This document shows, in pieces, positions 9,702 to 18,930 of a DNA stretch of 64,000 nt (its first letter is position 1; each line of letters begins with the position of its first letter). Source of the stretch: an uncultured Mycoplasmatota bacterium (GTDB lineage: Bacteria > Bacillota_I > Bacilli_A > RF39 > UBA660); NCBI GenBank assembly GCA_900544625.1, contig UQVR01000002.1, positions 10,639 through 74,638 of the forward strand. Direction: 5' to 3'. The notes under the pieces are model-generated. The model was not told where the DNA came from. It did not search any database and worked only from the letters and a program-made list of their open reading frames with translations. The translations under genes and the position numbers were made by a program.

Positions 9702-10633
9702 TTTTCTAACCTCACTATTTCTTTATAATTATTTGGAAATCCCATCTCATGCAATACTTTTTCTATTTTAATAACTTTAAGCTTACCAGACAATCTATCT
9801 AATTCATAACTTATTTCATTAATAAACAAATTAAAATTATTTTCTTCTAACAACTGTTTTAATATAATTATGAGTGCAAATAAATCATTCTTTCCATATA
9901 TATATTCCTCACTTATCTTTGGAATATACAATAATCTATGATATTTTGTATCATCAATAGCTTTTTGAGTTCTATTAATATAACAAATATCTTCATGAGC
10001 ACATAAATTACGATAATTAGCAACAATTGGTAAATAATCAACCATACAATCAATACTAACTCCAAAAACATCAGCTATTTCTTTTTGGTCTTGATATTGA
10101 AGTACCGTATATAATTCTCCAACTATTCCAAATGATAAAACCTTTACAACAACCCAAAGAGGAATATAACCATAATTTATGATGTAATGTGCTGTTGCTG
10201 TATGTTGTTTACCATTAACACTTATCTGTCTTTTCATCTTTCTAATTAAATCATTAATTTGCCTATTTCTTCTTGAATCTTTAACAAAGTTATTAGGATT
10301 TAAATAATTATTTTCTTTAAATCCATGATTCTTACTCATTATATAAGCTAATACACTTTTTAAATTATTTTCTACAATCAAAATATTTTTAAAAATTATA
10401 TTTCTTATTTGTCTATCAAAAAGAAACATTGAATATAATTCATTAAAAGTTGTACCTTCTAGATAAGTTTTGTTATCATCAGGCTTCATAAATAAATGGC
10501 GGTATCCACTTAAGAAAAAGTAGTTTTCACGCAACAAAATAGTTTTAGCAGTCTCAATATCTTCTACTACTAACCCTTTTTTTGTAAGTATGTCAATTTG
10601 TTCATCTAATGTTTTAAATGTTTTCGATTTCAC
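9698..10633 (-). CDS. Abi_2 (AbiD/AbiF-like) abortive-infection family protein
   Basis: FKTLDEQIDILTKKGLVVEDIETAKTILLRENYFFLSGYRHLF matches the characteristic Abi_2 N-terminus. GTG start. 4-nt overlap with the htrA start. Confidence 0.75.
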   Translation of the reverse strand: MKSKTFKTLDEQIDILTKKGLVVEDIETAKTILLRENYFFLSGYRHLFMKPDDNKTYLEGTTFNELYSMFLFDRQIRNIIFKNILIVENNLKSVLAYIMSKNHGFKENNYLNPNNFVKDSRRNRQINDLIRKMKRQISVNGKQHTATAHYIINYGYIPLWVVVKVLSFGIVGELYTVLQYQDQKEIADVFGVSIDCMVDYLPIVANYRNLCAHEDICYINRTQKAIDDTKYHRLLYIPKISEEYIYGKNDLFALIIILKQLLEENNFNLFINEISYELDRLSGKLKVIKIEKVLHEMGFPNNYKEIVRLEK

Positions 10634-10743
10634 ACTATACCGCCTTTACTTTAAACATTATACCACAACTGACTTAATAAATATATAGCAAAATAATGGT
10701 TTTAATGTAAAAAACTTGTGAAAAAAAAGTGAAATTCATAAAA

Positions 10744-11394
10744 TTAATTATAATAATGACTTATTGCTTGCGCTAATATTTTTGCAAATTTACTTTGATA
10801 TTCTTTTGTAACTAATTTACTTCTTTCAGTTGCATTAGATAAAAAACCACATTCTACTAACACTCCATTTGTATTTAATTTATCATACATATAAGTTGAT
10901 GTAGGTATTTTTTTTACTTCTCTATCAGTATTTGTATTATTATTTAAATATTCTTGTATAGATTTAGCTAATTCTTCATTATTTTTATTATAAAAAACTT
11001 GAGCACCATAGTATCTTGTATCTGTAAGATAATTTAAGTGAATAGATAGATACATATCAACAATCTTTTGATTAATAATTTTAATTCTTTCATCAAAATC
11101 TGCCTTTTTACGATGATTTTTAACACCATTACTTAAATCGTTATCACTTGTTCTAGTCATAATAACTGTTGCTCCCATTTCACTTAAATATTCTTCTAGA
11201 TACTTTCCAATAGATAAAGTAATATCCTTTTCATAAATATCATTATATAAAGAGCCTGGGTCCATTCCACCATGGCCACAATCAATTGCCACAACTCTTC
11301 CTTGCAAAGGCAAATCAGCCCTAACCGGATAACTAAACATAGCCAAAAATAACACTAAAAAAACGGAAAATACTCCAATATAATATTTATTCAT
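10744..11394 (-). CDS. cwlD: N-acetylmuramoyl-L-alanine amidase (Amidase_3, CwlD-like)
   Basis: Signal/TM segment, then IDCGHGGMDPG and ISIHLN-type motifs. Size and sporulation-rich context fit CwlD. Confidence 0.7.
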   Translation of the reverse strand: MNKYYIGVFSVFLVLFLAMFSYPVRADLPLQGRVVAIDCGHGGMDPGSLYNDIYEKDITLSIGKYLEEYLSEMGATVIMTRTSDNDLSNGVKNHRKKADFDERIKIINQKIVDMYLSIHLNYLTDTRYYGAQVFYNKNNEELAKSIQEYLNNNTNTDREVKKIPTSTYMYDKLNTNGVLVECGFLSNATERSKLVTKEYQSKFAKILAQAISHYYN

Positions 11395-11422
11395 ATTAAA
11401 TTATATTAATATTTTCCATTTT

Positions 11423-12262
11423 TTATTTATCATATTCATCCATAAAACTTTTATAAATACCATTCTTTTTAGTACCCAATACACAATTTAAATTAATATT
11501 ATCTAAAGATTTAAATATATTATAATCTATATCAGGATTCAATTCTCGCAAATATTTTATCAACTCTTTCATTTCTTTTCTTTTACTTACAGGTTCATCA
11601 CTCAAGCTAACTCTTTCTGTAAACTTACATGCACAATTTATAAATTCTAGATTATTATACTTTGCCCAAGCTAAAATACTATTTTCTTTTACTAAATAAA
11701 GCGGTCTAATAAGTTCTATATTTTCAAAGTTTTCACTATGAAGTTTTGGAAGCATAGTTTTAACCTCACTACCATAAAACATTGAAAGTAATGTAGTTTC
11801 TATTACATCATCAAAATGGTGCCCCAAAGCTATTTTATTACACCCTAATTCTTTTGCTTTATTATATAAATGACCTCTTCTCATACGAGCACACATATAG
11901 CAAGGGCTTTTTTCATTTAAACTATTAGCCACTTCAAATATATCACTATCAAACATCTCTAAGTTAATATTAAGTATTTTAGCATTTTCTAGTATCTTTA
12001 TTTTATTTGCTTCATTATAACCTGGATTCATACATACATAATATGCTTCAAAAACAATACCACCATGTTTTTGTAATTCCTCAACACATTTAGCAAGCAA
12101 AAAAGAATCTTTACCACCAGAAATACAAACCATTACTCTATCATTTTCATTAATTAATTTATAATCTTTAACAGCCTTAACAAATTTAGCCCATATTTCT
12201 TTTCTATACTTTTTTATAATACTTCTTTCGATTTCTTTATATCTTTCCATTACTAACCTCAC
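11423..12262 (-). CDS. PP-loop ATPase, TtcA-like tRNA thiolation enzyme
   Basis: PP-loop SGGKDS plus conserved CxxC (CYMCARMRRG). Confidence 0.7.
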   Translation of the reverse strand: MRLVMERYKEIERSIIKKYRKEIWAKFVKAVKDYKLINENDRVMVCISGGKDSFLLAKCVEELQKHGGIVFEAYYVCMNPGYNEANKIKILENAKILNINLEMFDSDIFEVANSLNEKSPCYMCARMRRGHLYNKAKELGCNKIALGHHFDDVIETTLLSMFYGSEVKTMLPKLHSENFENIELIRPLYLVKENSILAWAKYNNLEFINCACKFTERVSLSDEPVSKRKEMKELIKYLRELNPDIDYNIFKSLDNINLNCVLGTKKNGIYKSFMDEYDK

Positions 12263-13007
12263 TTAAATATTTCTTTACATAATTATAATAATATTTTATT
12301 TTATTTTTATATATTAAATTATTATATATTTCATCTATAATATTTTCTTTTTCTATATATTTTAATGTCCATTTATAATTTATATCAAAAACAAAAGCCA
12401 ACTTCAATAATACTTTATCAGAAAACGATTTCACCTTTGTATGATCTATACTTTCTTTGCTTAAGAATTCATTTTTTACATCACTAGTAATACTTTCATT
12501 ATCTTCATCAAGAACAATATTATTTATTTTTATCATATACAAAATATCTGTTTTATCTGCATCACGGAGAATTTTAGACATTAATAAATCAATGTCTTTT
12601 GTTTCATCGGCAATTTTATATCGATTATGATTTTTTAGAGCAGAATAAATAGTTTTATCCCATTTATGATCAATTTTAAATCTATTTATCTCCTTGTTTT
12701 TAAAAAGTACTTGTAATCCTAATAAAGCATGATCCTCGCTCTTCAAATCATCAAAAGTTTGATATTTTTCCCATTGTACAAATCTTCCAATATCGTGAAC
12801 CAAGCCAATAAATTCAGCTAAATATATTAAATCATCCGCGAGATTTAAATCAAGTGCAATGCTCTTACATAATTTACTAACACGCAAAGAATGATTTATT
12901 TTTCTCTTAATTTCTTTTTTATTTACATCAAAATTATTAGTATATAAAAGAAATATTTTTTCATTATTCAAAATTATCACTTCCAAAAAGAATCCAAGGA
13001 TACTCAT
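12237..13007 (-). CDS. HD-domain phosphohydrolase
   Basis: H...HDIGR metal-binding signature. Overlaps both neighbouring genes. Confidence 0.65.
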   Translation of the reverse strand: MSILGFFLEVIILNNEKIFLLYTNNFDVNKKEIKRKINHSLRVSKLCKSIALDLNLADDLIYLAEFIGLVHDIGRFVQWEKYQTFDDLKSEDHALLGLQVLFKNKEINRFKIDHKWDKTIYSALKNHNRYKIADETKDIDLLMSKILRDADKTDILYMIKINNIVLDEDNESITSDVKNEFLSKESIDHTKVKSFSDKVLLKLAFVFDINYKWTLKYIEKENIIDEIYNNLIYKNKIKYYYNYVKKYLSEVSNGKI

Positions 13008-13656
13008 TCCAAAATGGTTCGCATTTAAAAACTTCTTTTTCTTTTGTAATAGGATGTTTAAACTCTATTTTATATGCCCACAAAGCAATTTGTTCACCGA
13101 CTTTGGCATTTTTATTATATTTTTGATCTCCCCACAAAGGGAATCCTCGTGAAGAAAATTGCACCCTAATTTGATGTGACCTTCCAGTTTCTAAATTTAT
13201 TTTTACTAAACTAAGTCCATCAATATACTTTATTAATTTATAAGATAATTTAGCATACTTTCCTTTTTTATCAACAATAGTTCTATTTTCTTTTTCAAGT
13301 TTTAATAAATTGTCTTCAAAAATACCATCATCTGGAACTTTTCCTTCAACAATAGCTAAGTATGTTTTTTTAAACTGATGCGTTCTAACCATATCGCTAA
13401 TTCTTCCCGCGGCTTTACCAGTTTTAGCAAAAACCATTACTCCACCAACAGGTCTATCAAGTCTATGCACTAATCCCAAATAAACATTACCAGGTTTATT
13501 ATATTTATCTTTAATATACAATTTTAATTCAGATAATAAATCTGTATCTTTTGTTTCATCACCTTGTACTAATATGTTTCGAGGCTTTTCAACAATTAAT
13601 AAATGATTATCTTCATATATTACCTTATTCATCTTGCCATCTTCCATAAATTCCAC
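12964..13656 (-). CDS. RluA-family pseudouridine synthase
   Basis: HRLDRPVGG catalytic motif and SHQIRVQ motif. The likely true start is MNKVIYED at 13632. Confidence 0.85.
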   Translation of the reverse strand: MEFMEDGKMNKVIYEDNHLLIVEKPRNILVQGDETKDTDLLSELKLYIKDKYNKPGNVYLGLVHRLDRPVGGVMVFAKTGKAAGRISDMVRTHQFKKTYLAIVEGKVPDDGIFEDNLLKLEKENRTIVDKKGKYAKLSYKLIKYIDGLSLVKINLETGRSHQIRVQFSSRGFPLWGDQKYNKNAKVGEQIALWAYKIEFKHPITKEKEVFKCEPFWNEYPWILFGSDNFE

Positions 13657-14491
13657 ATGGTAATACTAAATCATTTTTACTTATAGGAAGTCCAATTTCT
13701 CCAGCATCAATTACACCACCATAAGACTTACCAACGGTTAATTTTAAAATATTATATAAAACTGTACTTGAAACACCAGTTGTATATGCATTAATAAGAA
13801 AAAATAAAGGGTTATCAGATAAAAGTAAAACACATCTACTTACTAATTCTTCCAGATTTTTTTCAAGTTTCCAAACTTCACCACTAGGGCCTCTTCCATA
13901 AGAAGGCGGATCCATTACAATAGCATCATACTTGTTTCCTCTTCTTATTTCTCTTTCAACAAATTTTAAACAATCATCAACCAAAAATCTAATATAATTG
14001 TTTTTAACTCCAGACAATTGAGCATTTTCTTTTGCCCATTCAACCATACCCTTAGCAGCATCAACATGAACTACAAGTTCAGCTCCAGCTTTACTACAAG
14101 CAACAGTTGCACCACCCGTATATCCAAATAGATTTAATACCTTAATTGGTCTTTTAGCATTTCTAATTTTATCCATCATAAAATCCCAATTCGTAGCTTG
14201 TTCAGGAAATAAGCCTGTATGTTTAAAATTTGTAGGGCTAACTTTAAATTTCAAATTTTTATATTCAATAGTCCAAAAATCAGGCAACTTTTTATTAAAT
14301 TCCCAATGTCCTCCACCATCGACAAATCTATAGTAAACACCATCAACAGTTTTCCACGATTTATCAACTTCAATTGGCCACATTGCAAGGGGTTCAGGTC
14401 TTCTTAAAATGACATTGCCCCATCTTTCTAATTTTTCGCCATTACCAGCATCTATGCATTCATAATTTGTCCATTCATTGCTTATTCTCAT
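13625..14491 (-). CDS. Class I SAM-dependent (rRNA) methyltransferase
   Basis: LNLFGYTGG SAM-binding loop and DPPSYG motif IV. Start trimmed to MRISNEW at 14491, which is preceded by RBS gaggtg. Confidence 0.75.
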   Translation of the reverse strand: MRISNEWTNYECIDAGNGEKLERWGNVILRRPEPLAMWPIEVDKSWKTVDGVYYRFVDGGGHWEFNKKLPDFWTIEYKNLKFKVSPTNFKHTGLFPEQATNWDFMMDKIRNAKRPIKVLNLFGYTGGATVACSKAGAELVVHVDAAKGMVEWAKENAQLSGVKNNYIRFLVDDCLKFVEREIRRGNKYDAIVMDPPSYGRGPSGEVWKLEKNLEELVSRCVLLLSDNPLFFLINAYTTGVSSTVLYNILKLTVGKSYGGVIDAGEIGLPISKNDLVLPCGIYGRWQDE

Positions 14492-14574
14492 AGATAACAC
14501 CTCGCTAAACATAATTTTACTAAAATTTTCTTTTAAATACAATAAAATCAAGACACTTTTGCCTTGATTTTTTA

Positions 14575-16539
14575 TCATTTATAACAATAACTTGAATTAA
14601 TCTTTGTATATCCGCTTTCACAAGAATATGTTGTAGAACAACTTGTAGTACATCCCCCACCTGTTGTATAGCACCTAGATGCAGACCAATCTACAATAGG
14701 AAATGTTGAAGGGCAAGAAGAATAATAAGCACTGTAACAAGTTTTCCAAGTTGGCTCATATGCTCCTCTATTACATGATTTTCTTGCTATTTCGGATGAA
14801 GAAGCATTATAGTAACAAACAAGATCACATACTTCTGTTCCTTCAGTACATGTTTCACTACAAGACCTTGAACTAGACGTTTCTATTATCTCTATATTGC
14901 AACTACCAGTATTACCCGATTTATCAATTACATAACCATAAAATTTTCCTGTACTAATGTTTACTGTTGAATTAGTATAATCAGCTGTTTTATTTTTAGT
15001 AATACCCGATTTTTGGACATCAGTAGATTTTTGACCAAAAGATATCTTTGAACTATTTGCAGTTAACTTACAAGTTGGTGCCGTTTTATCTATTTTTAAA
15101 GTTTTTCCATTAGAAGGAGAACTACACTTATTTTGATAACAATTTCTAACATAAATAGTATTATCTATTTCAGAACTATATACAAAACTTCCTTTATTTC
15201 CATCTATTGTTCCAGATGCAGTTATCCAATTGCCATTACCAATTTTATACTCAAACTTTGTAACAACATCATTTACAGATCCAGGATTAATTTCAATATA
15301 AATTGATTTATTTGTCCATAATCCATTATATACCTGACCACTACTCGATTCTAATTTTGTAATAATAGTTGGAGTCGAAGGTGTTAATGGAATAACTTTT
15401 AATTCTGTTGTAGCTTCAGCAGTTTTTCCATTACCTCCTGTAGCAACACATTTTAAAGTATATGTTCCAACCGCTAAAGATCCAGTGGCCTCAGGTGTAC
15501 AACTTAGAGTACCACCACTAATTGAATAAGTAACTATAAAATATGAACTAGTTTTATTATTTGTACCCATTTTTATTTCATTGCTACTAGATTTAGCTAC
15601 TATACTTGGACCAGCATCGTCTATAGAAGTAATTTCTATTTTTCTTTCTGTTTTATTTCCGGCTTTATCTTTTACACACACTTTATATTTGCCATTTGAA
15701 TTAATTGTTATTTCTTTATTTTTATTATAATTTAAGCACATTTCATTTTCTTTAACAATAGCATAACCATCAATTCCTGACCCAATTCCATCGCTTGCCA
15801 TTATTTCAATTTTCTTATTGACACTCCAATTAGTATTATATTTGATTTCATTTATAATGGGAGCTTCTTTATCAATTTTTATTCCCTTTGTTGCAGTTCC
15901 AACTAAATCCTCGCCATTATTGCTTTTACCTTTCACTTCACACTTATATCTACTATTTAATAAGTTTCCATCAACACTAATAGTAGCCTCATTACTAGAA
16001 AATCCAGTATTACTTGTCCAATTATAAGTAGTATTTTGTTCAGTTAATAAACTTCCTCGATGCATTATCCCCAATGTAACTGCACTATTAAACCAAGTTG
16101 TATCATCAAATTTAATACATTGGCCATTCAAAAATTTACAAACTTCATAATCTGTTGTTACCTCATATTCATTACACTTTCCGTTTTCATCTTTACCCAA
16201 ATCTTCCATTAAAGTTGAATTATATTTTCCATTTTCAAAATTAGATTTAATAATAAAACAATTCATACTTTTATTATCTCTTGGATCATAAATATCAGTT
16301 TCATCATCAGATTTTACTTTACCTTCCTTAATTAAATCCTCAACATTTATCGTAGTTATCGAAGTTTCTTCAGCATATTCTGACGCTTTCGTTTCTAAAT
16401 ATAAAACTAAATTATTATATTCTTTCTCTAAAATATTTTTTCTAATATTTATAAATAGCATTACTGAAGCAGATATTAATATTGATAGTACTACTAATAC
16501 AGCAATGAGTTCAATTAATGTAAATCCTTTTTTATTCAC
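14575..16539 (-). CDS. Large type IV pilin-like (prepilin N-terminus) protein with Ig-like modules and a Cys-rich C-terminus
   Basis: GTG start after RBS aggtga gives VNKKG/FTLIELIAVLVVLSIL (class III signal, Glu at +5). Module boundaries recur (IDKEAP, IDDAGP, IDKTAP), as do D.AGN/D.SGN strands. The last ~100 aa carry many Cys residues. Confidence 0.7.
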   Translation of the reverse strand: MNKKGFTLIELIAVLVVLSILISASVMLFINIRKNILEKEYNNLVLYLETKASEYAEETSITTINVEDLIKEGKVKSDDETDIYDPRDNKSMNCFIIKSNFENGKYNSTLMEDLGKDENGKCNEYEVTTDYEVCKFLNGQCIKFDDTTWFNSAVTLGIMHRGSLLTEQNTTYNWTSNTGFSSNEATISVDGNLLNSRYKCEVKGKSNNGEDLVGTATKGIKIDKEAPIINEIKYNTNWSVNKKIEIMASDGIGSGIDGYAIVKENEMCLNYNKNKEITINSNGKYKVCVKDKAGNKTERKIEITSIDDAGPSIVAKSSSNEIKMGTNNKTSSYFIVTYSISGGTLSCTPEATGSLAVGTYTLKCVATGGNGKTAEATTELKVIPLTPSTPTIITKLESSSGQVYNGLWTNKSIYIEINPGSVNDVVTKFEYKIGNGNWITASGTIDGNKGSFVYSSEIDNTIYVRNCYQNKCSSPSNGKTLKIDKTAPTCKLTANSSKISFGQKSTDVQKSGITKNKTADYTNSTVNISTGKFYGYVIDKSGNTGSCNIEIIETSSSRSCSETCTEGTEVCDLVCYYNASSSEIARKSCNRGAYEPTWKTCYSAYYSSCPSTFPIVDWSASRCYTTGGGCTTSCSTTYSCESGYTKINSSYCYK

Positions 16540-16555
16540 ACTATCACCTATTATA

Positions 16556-16584
16556 ATAATAAAATAAATAAAATAATAAGTCAA
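16556..16584 (-). promoter_or_regulatory. Candidate promoter of the pilin-like gene
   Basis: - strand TTGACT (16584-16579), 17-nt spacer, TATTAT (16561-16556), directly after the rpsI terminator. Confidence 0.4.
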
Positions 16585-16608
16585 TAAAAAACCACGGTAA
16601 CCCGTGGA
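16584..16608 (-). terminator. Rho-independent terminator after rpsI
   Basis: ccacgg/ccgtgg stem with a 4-nt loop, followed by a T-run on the - strand. Confidence 0.7.
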
Positions 16609-16620
16609 ATAAAATGTCTA

Positions 16621-17040
16621 CTAACGTTTTGAGAATTGTGGAGCTCTTCTTGCTTTTTTTAGACCATATTTCTTACGTTCTTTAACTCTTGGATCTCTAG
16701 TAATAAATCCGGCATTTTTAAGAATATGTCTGTAACTATCTTCTCTTGTTTGATCAGTATTAGCGTCAAATGCTAAAAGCGCTCTAGTAATACCTAAACG
16801 AATTGCTCCAGTTTGTCCAGAGAATCCGCCACCTTTAACATTAATATCAATGTCAAATCTGTTTTCATTTCCAGTAGCAACTAAAGGTTGTTTTAAGTCC
16901 ATTACTAATGTTGCATAAGGCATATAATCATTAACATCAACACCATTAACAGTAATATTACCAGTACCACCAACAAGTCTAACTCTTGCTACACTTCTTT
17001 TTCTTCTACCAGTTGCTGTCCATTCTTGTTTCTTAGCCAT
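16621..17040 (-). CDS. rpsI: 30S ribosomal protein S9
   Basis: GGG.SGQ.GAIR.GI.RAL and the C-terminal [17 protein letters not shown] are typical of S9. Confidence 0.97.
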   Translation of the reverse strand: MAKKQEWTATGRRKRSVARVRLVGGTGNITVNGVDVNDYMPYATLVMDLKQPLVATGNENRFDIDINVKGGGFSGQTGAIRLGITRALLAFDANTDQTREDSYRHILKNAGFITRDPRVKERKKYGLKKARRAPQFSKR

Positions 17041-17048
17041 AATTCCTC

Positions 17049-17480
17049 CTAATTAATTTCTAAAGCCTTAGGCTTTTGAGCTTCATGCTTATGATTTGCA
17101 TCACGATAAACAAATAATTTTTTACCCATAGCTCTTCCAAGTCTGTTGTGAGGAAGCATTCCTTTAACAGCTCTTTCAATCATTTCTTCTGGATATTTTT
17201 CAATCATTTCTTTAGCATTTCTTTCTCTTAGTCCTCCTGGAAATCCGCTATGATTATAATATTTCTTATCTTCTAGTTTGTTTCCAGTTAAAACTACTTT
17301 GTCAGCATTTACAATAATTACATAATCTCCGCAATCAACATATGGAGTATAAGTAACTTTATGTTTTCCTCTTAATACATGAGCAGCTTTAGTTGCAACA
17401 CGACCTAAAGTTTTACCTTCAGCATCAATTACATACCAATTTCTTTCGATATTTTCTTTTTTTTGCATAAATGTTTTCAT
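17049..17480 (-). CDS. rplM: 50S ribosomal protein L13
   Basis: [19 protein letters not shown] and GMLPHNRLG motifs. Start set at MKTFMQKK, which has RBS aaagga 9 nt upstream. Confidence 0.95.
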   Translation of the reverse strand: MKTFMQKKENIERNWYVIDAEGKTLGRVATKAAHVLRGKHKVTYTPYVDCGDYVIIVNADKVVLTGNKLEDKKYYNHSGFPGGLRERNAKEMIEKYPEEMIERAVKGMLPHNRLGRAMGKKLFVYRDANHKHEAQKPKALEIN

Positions 17481-17561
17481 AAAACTAATTCCTTTCACTA
17501 TGCTTATTGTTTAATTTTCCCACGACTAAACAAATCACATAAATAAAATGTACCGATTAAA

Positions 17562-17590
17562 ATTATATGAAAAAAACAGCCAAAAGTCAA
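17562..17590 (-). promoter_or_regulatory. Consensus sigma-A promoter of rplM-rpsI
   Basis: - strand TTGACT (17590-17585), 17-nt spacer, TATAAT (17567-17562). Confidence 0.65.
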
Positions 17591-17668
17591 ACCTTTTTAA
17601 CTATTTTCTTAAAATAATATGCAATTTCTACCTTTTTTTGTATTTTTTGGCAAATTTTGCAATAAAAA

Positions 17669-18385
17669 TCAATACCAAATCTTTTCTAAATATAATCCGT
17701 CCGCTGGAACAACACTTAATTTATTATCTATATCTTTGTCTAACATATTTTCAATTATATGAATATCTACTTTACCTCTTCCAACATCAAGTAAAGCCCC
17801 CACTAGATGTCTAATCATATATCTATAAAAACCAATACCTACAAATTTAAATACAATAATATCTCCATGTTTTTTTATTTTAATATTATAAATCGTAGAT
17901 GTATAATCATCTCTATAACCACTTACAAAATTATGATAATCATGCGTACCAACTAATAACTTACTTGCATTTTTCATTTTTTTAATATCAAAATCATATT
18001 TTACTTGATAATAATATCCATCATATTCTTTCTTATATTTTCCATTATTTACTTTATAAACATACATTTTTTTTATAACATTATGCCTTGCATGGAAATC
18101 ATTACTAACAACACTAATTTTATTTATAATAATTTCATTATTTAACAATATATTTATTTTATCAATATCCTTATTGCTTACACTTCCATCATAATCAAAA
18201 TGGGCACATTGCATATGAGCATGAACTCCAGCATCTGTTCTTCCGCTACCTTTAATTAAAATATTACTTTTTAATACTTTACTTAAAGCATTTTCTAAAG
18301 TTCCTTGCATATTTTTTACATTATTTTGCCTTTGAAATCCATGAAACTTAGTACCGTCATAACCAAACTTAATTAAATATCTCAT
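17669..18385 (-). CDS. truA: tRNA pseudouridine(38-40) synthase TruA
   Basis: YDGT.FHGFQRQ and GSGRTDAGVHA catalytic motif. Confidence 0.95.
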   Translation of the reverse strand: MRYLIKFGYDGTKFHGFQRQNNVKNMQGTLENALSKVLKSNILIKGSGRTDAGVHAHMQCAHFDYDGSVSNKDIDKINILLNNEIIINKISVVSNDFHARHNVIKKMYVYKVNNGKYKKEYDGYYYQVKYDFDIKKMKNASKLLVGTHDYHNFVSGYRDDYTSTIYNIKIKKHGDIIVFKFVGIGFYRYMIRHLVGALLDVGRGKVDIHIIENMLDKDIDNKLSVVPADGLYLEKIWY

Positions 18386-18930
18386 GATTTTACCCTATAT
18401 ATAGCTTTTAATAAATCGTCTATTTCTTTATAATGATTAATATTAACACCAAGATCTAAAGATTTATTTGTAAATTCCACTATCTTGGGTACATCAATAT
18501 ATTTACTTAATTCATTACTATATAAATCATTAGTTTCTAATACAATTTCTTTGTTAATAACATACAAGTTATCAACACAATTAAAAAACAAATTGCTGTT
18601 TTTATCCACTAAAATAATTTTTCTTCCATAACTTACTATTTTTTTAAACAATTTTTTAAAAAATTCTATATCTTTATTTGTTAATCCTTTACTAAAATTT
18701 ACTAACAATATTTCTTTATCTTGTAATTTACTTGCTAAGATAACCTTACTTTTATTTCTTAATGATAAATCTTCATAATCAAGCTCTAAATAACTTCCAT
18801 CAAGCCCTACCATTTTTAAAGCATCGCTAGCTTTCTTTAATACTATATTTTTTACTTTACCACTATAATTGCTTTCACTAAAATCATTACTTATAACCCC
18901 GACAATATTACCTTTAAGCTCTAATTCCAT
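18382..18930 (-). CDS. Degenerate EcfA2-like protein (ABC ATPase relic without P-loop or catalytic motifs)
   Basis: Aligns by eye to the C-terminal two thirds of ECF ATPases. LSGGQ is replaced by LSLRN, Walker B LDEPT by VNFSK, and H-loop VTH by VDKNS. No Walker A region. Lies at the ecfA2 position upstream of truA. Confidence 0.55.
   Translation of the reverse strand: MELELKGNIVGVISNDFSESNYSGKVKNIVLKKASDALKMVGLDGSYLELDYEDLSLRNKSKVILASKLQDKEILLVNFSKGLTNKDIEFFKKLFKKIVSYGRKIILVDKNSNLFFNCVDNLYVINKEIVLETNDLYSNELSKYIDVPKIVEFTNKSLDLGVNINHYKEIDDLLKAIYRVKS

Noticed and set aside
14492-14578. N-terminal extensions of tracked ORFs: methyltransferase 14492-14578, pilin-like gene 16540-16584, comK-like 56667-56738, rnpA 61459-61485, tadA 49217-49243, yabP 32890-32952, ftsX 25820-25867, ftsE 26511-26525.
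   Set aside because: The internal starts have better RBS placement and match where family homology begins. Several of the extensions run through terminators or promoters.
17499-17561. Possible L13 ribosomal-protein leader RNA between the rplM promoter and the start codon.
   Set aside because: I could not identify the conserved structure by eye. A covariance-model scan (Rfam L13_leader) is needed before calling it.
17640-17668. The palindromic-looking ttggcaaattttgcaa after truA could be a terminator.
   Set aside because: The arms would leave a loop of about 1 nt and only 5 bp of stem, which is not a plausible hairpin.
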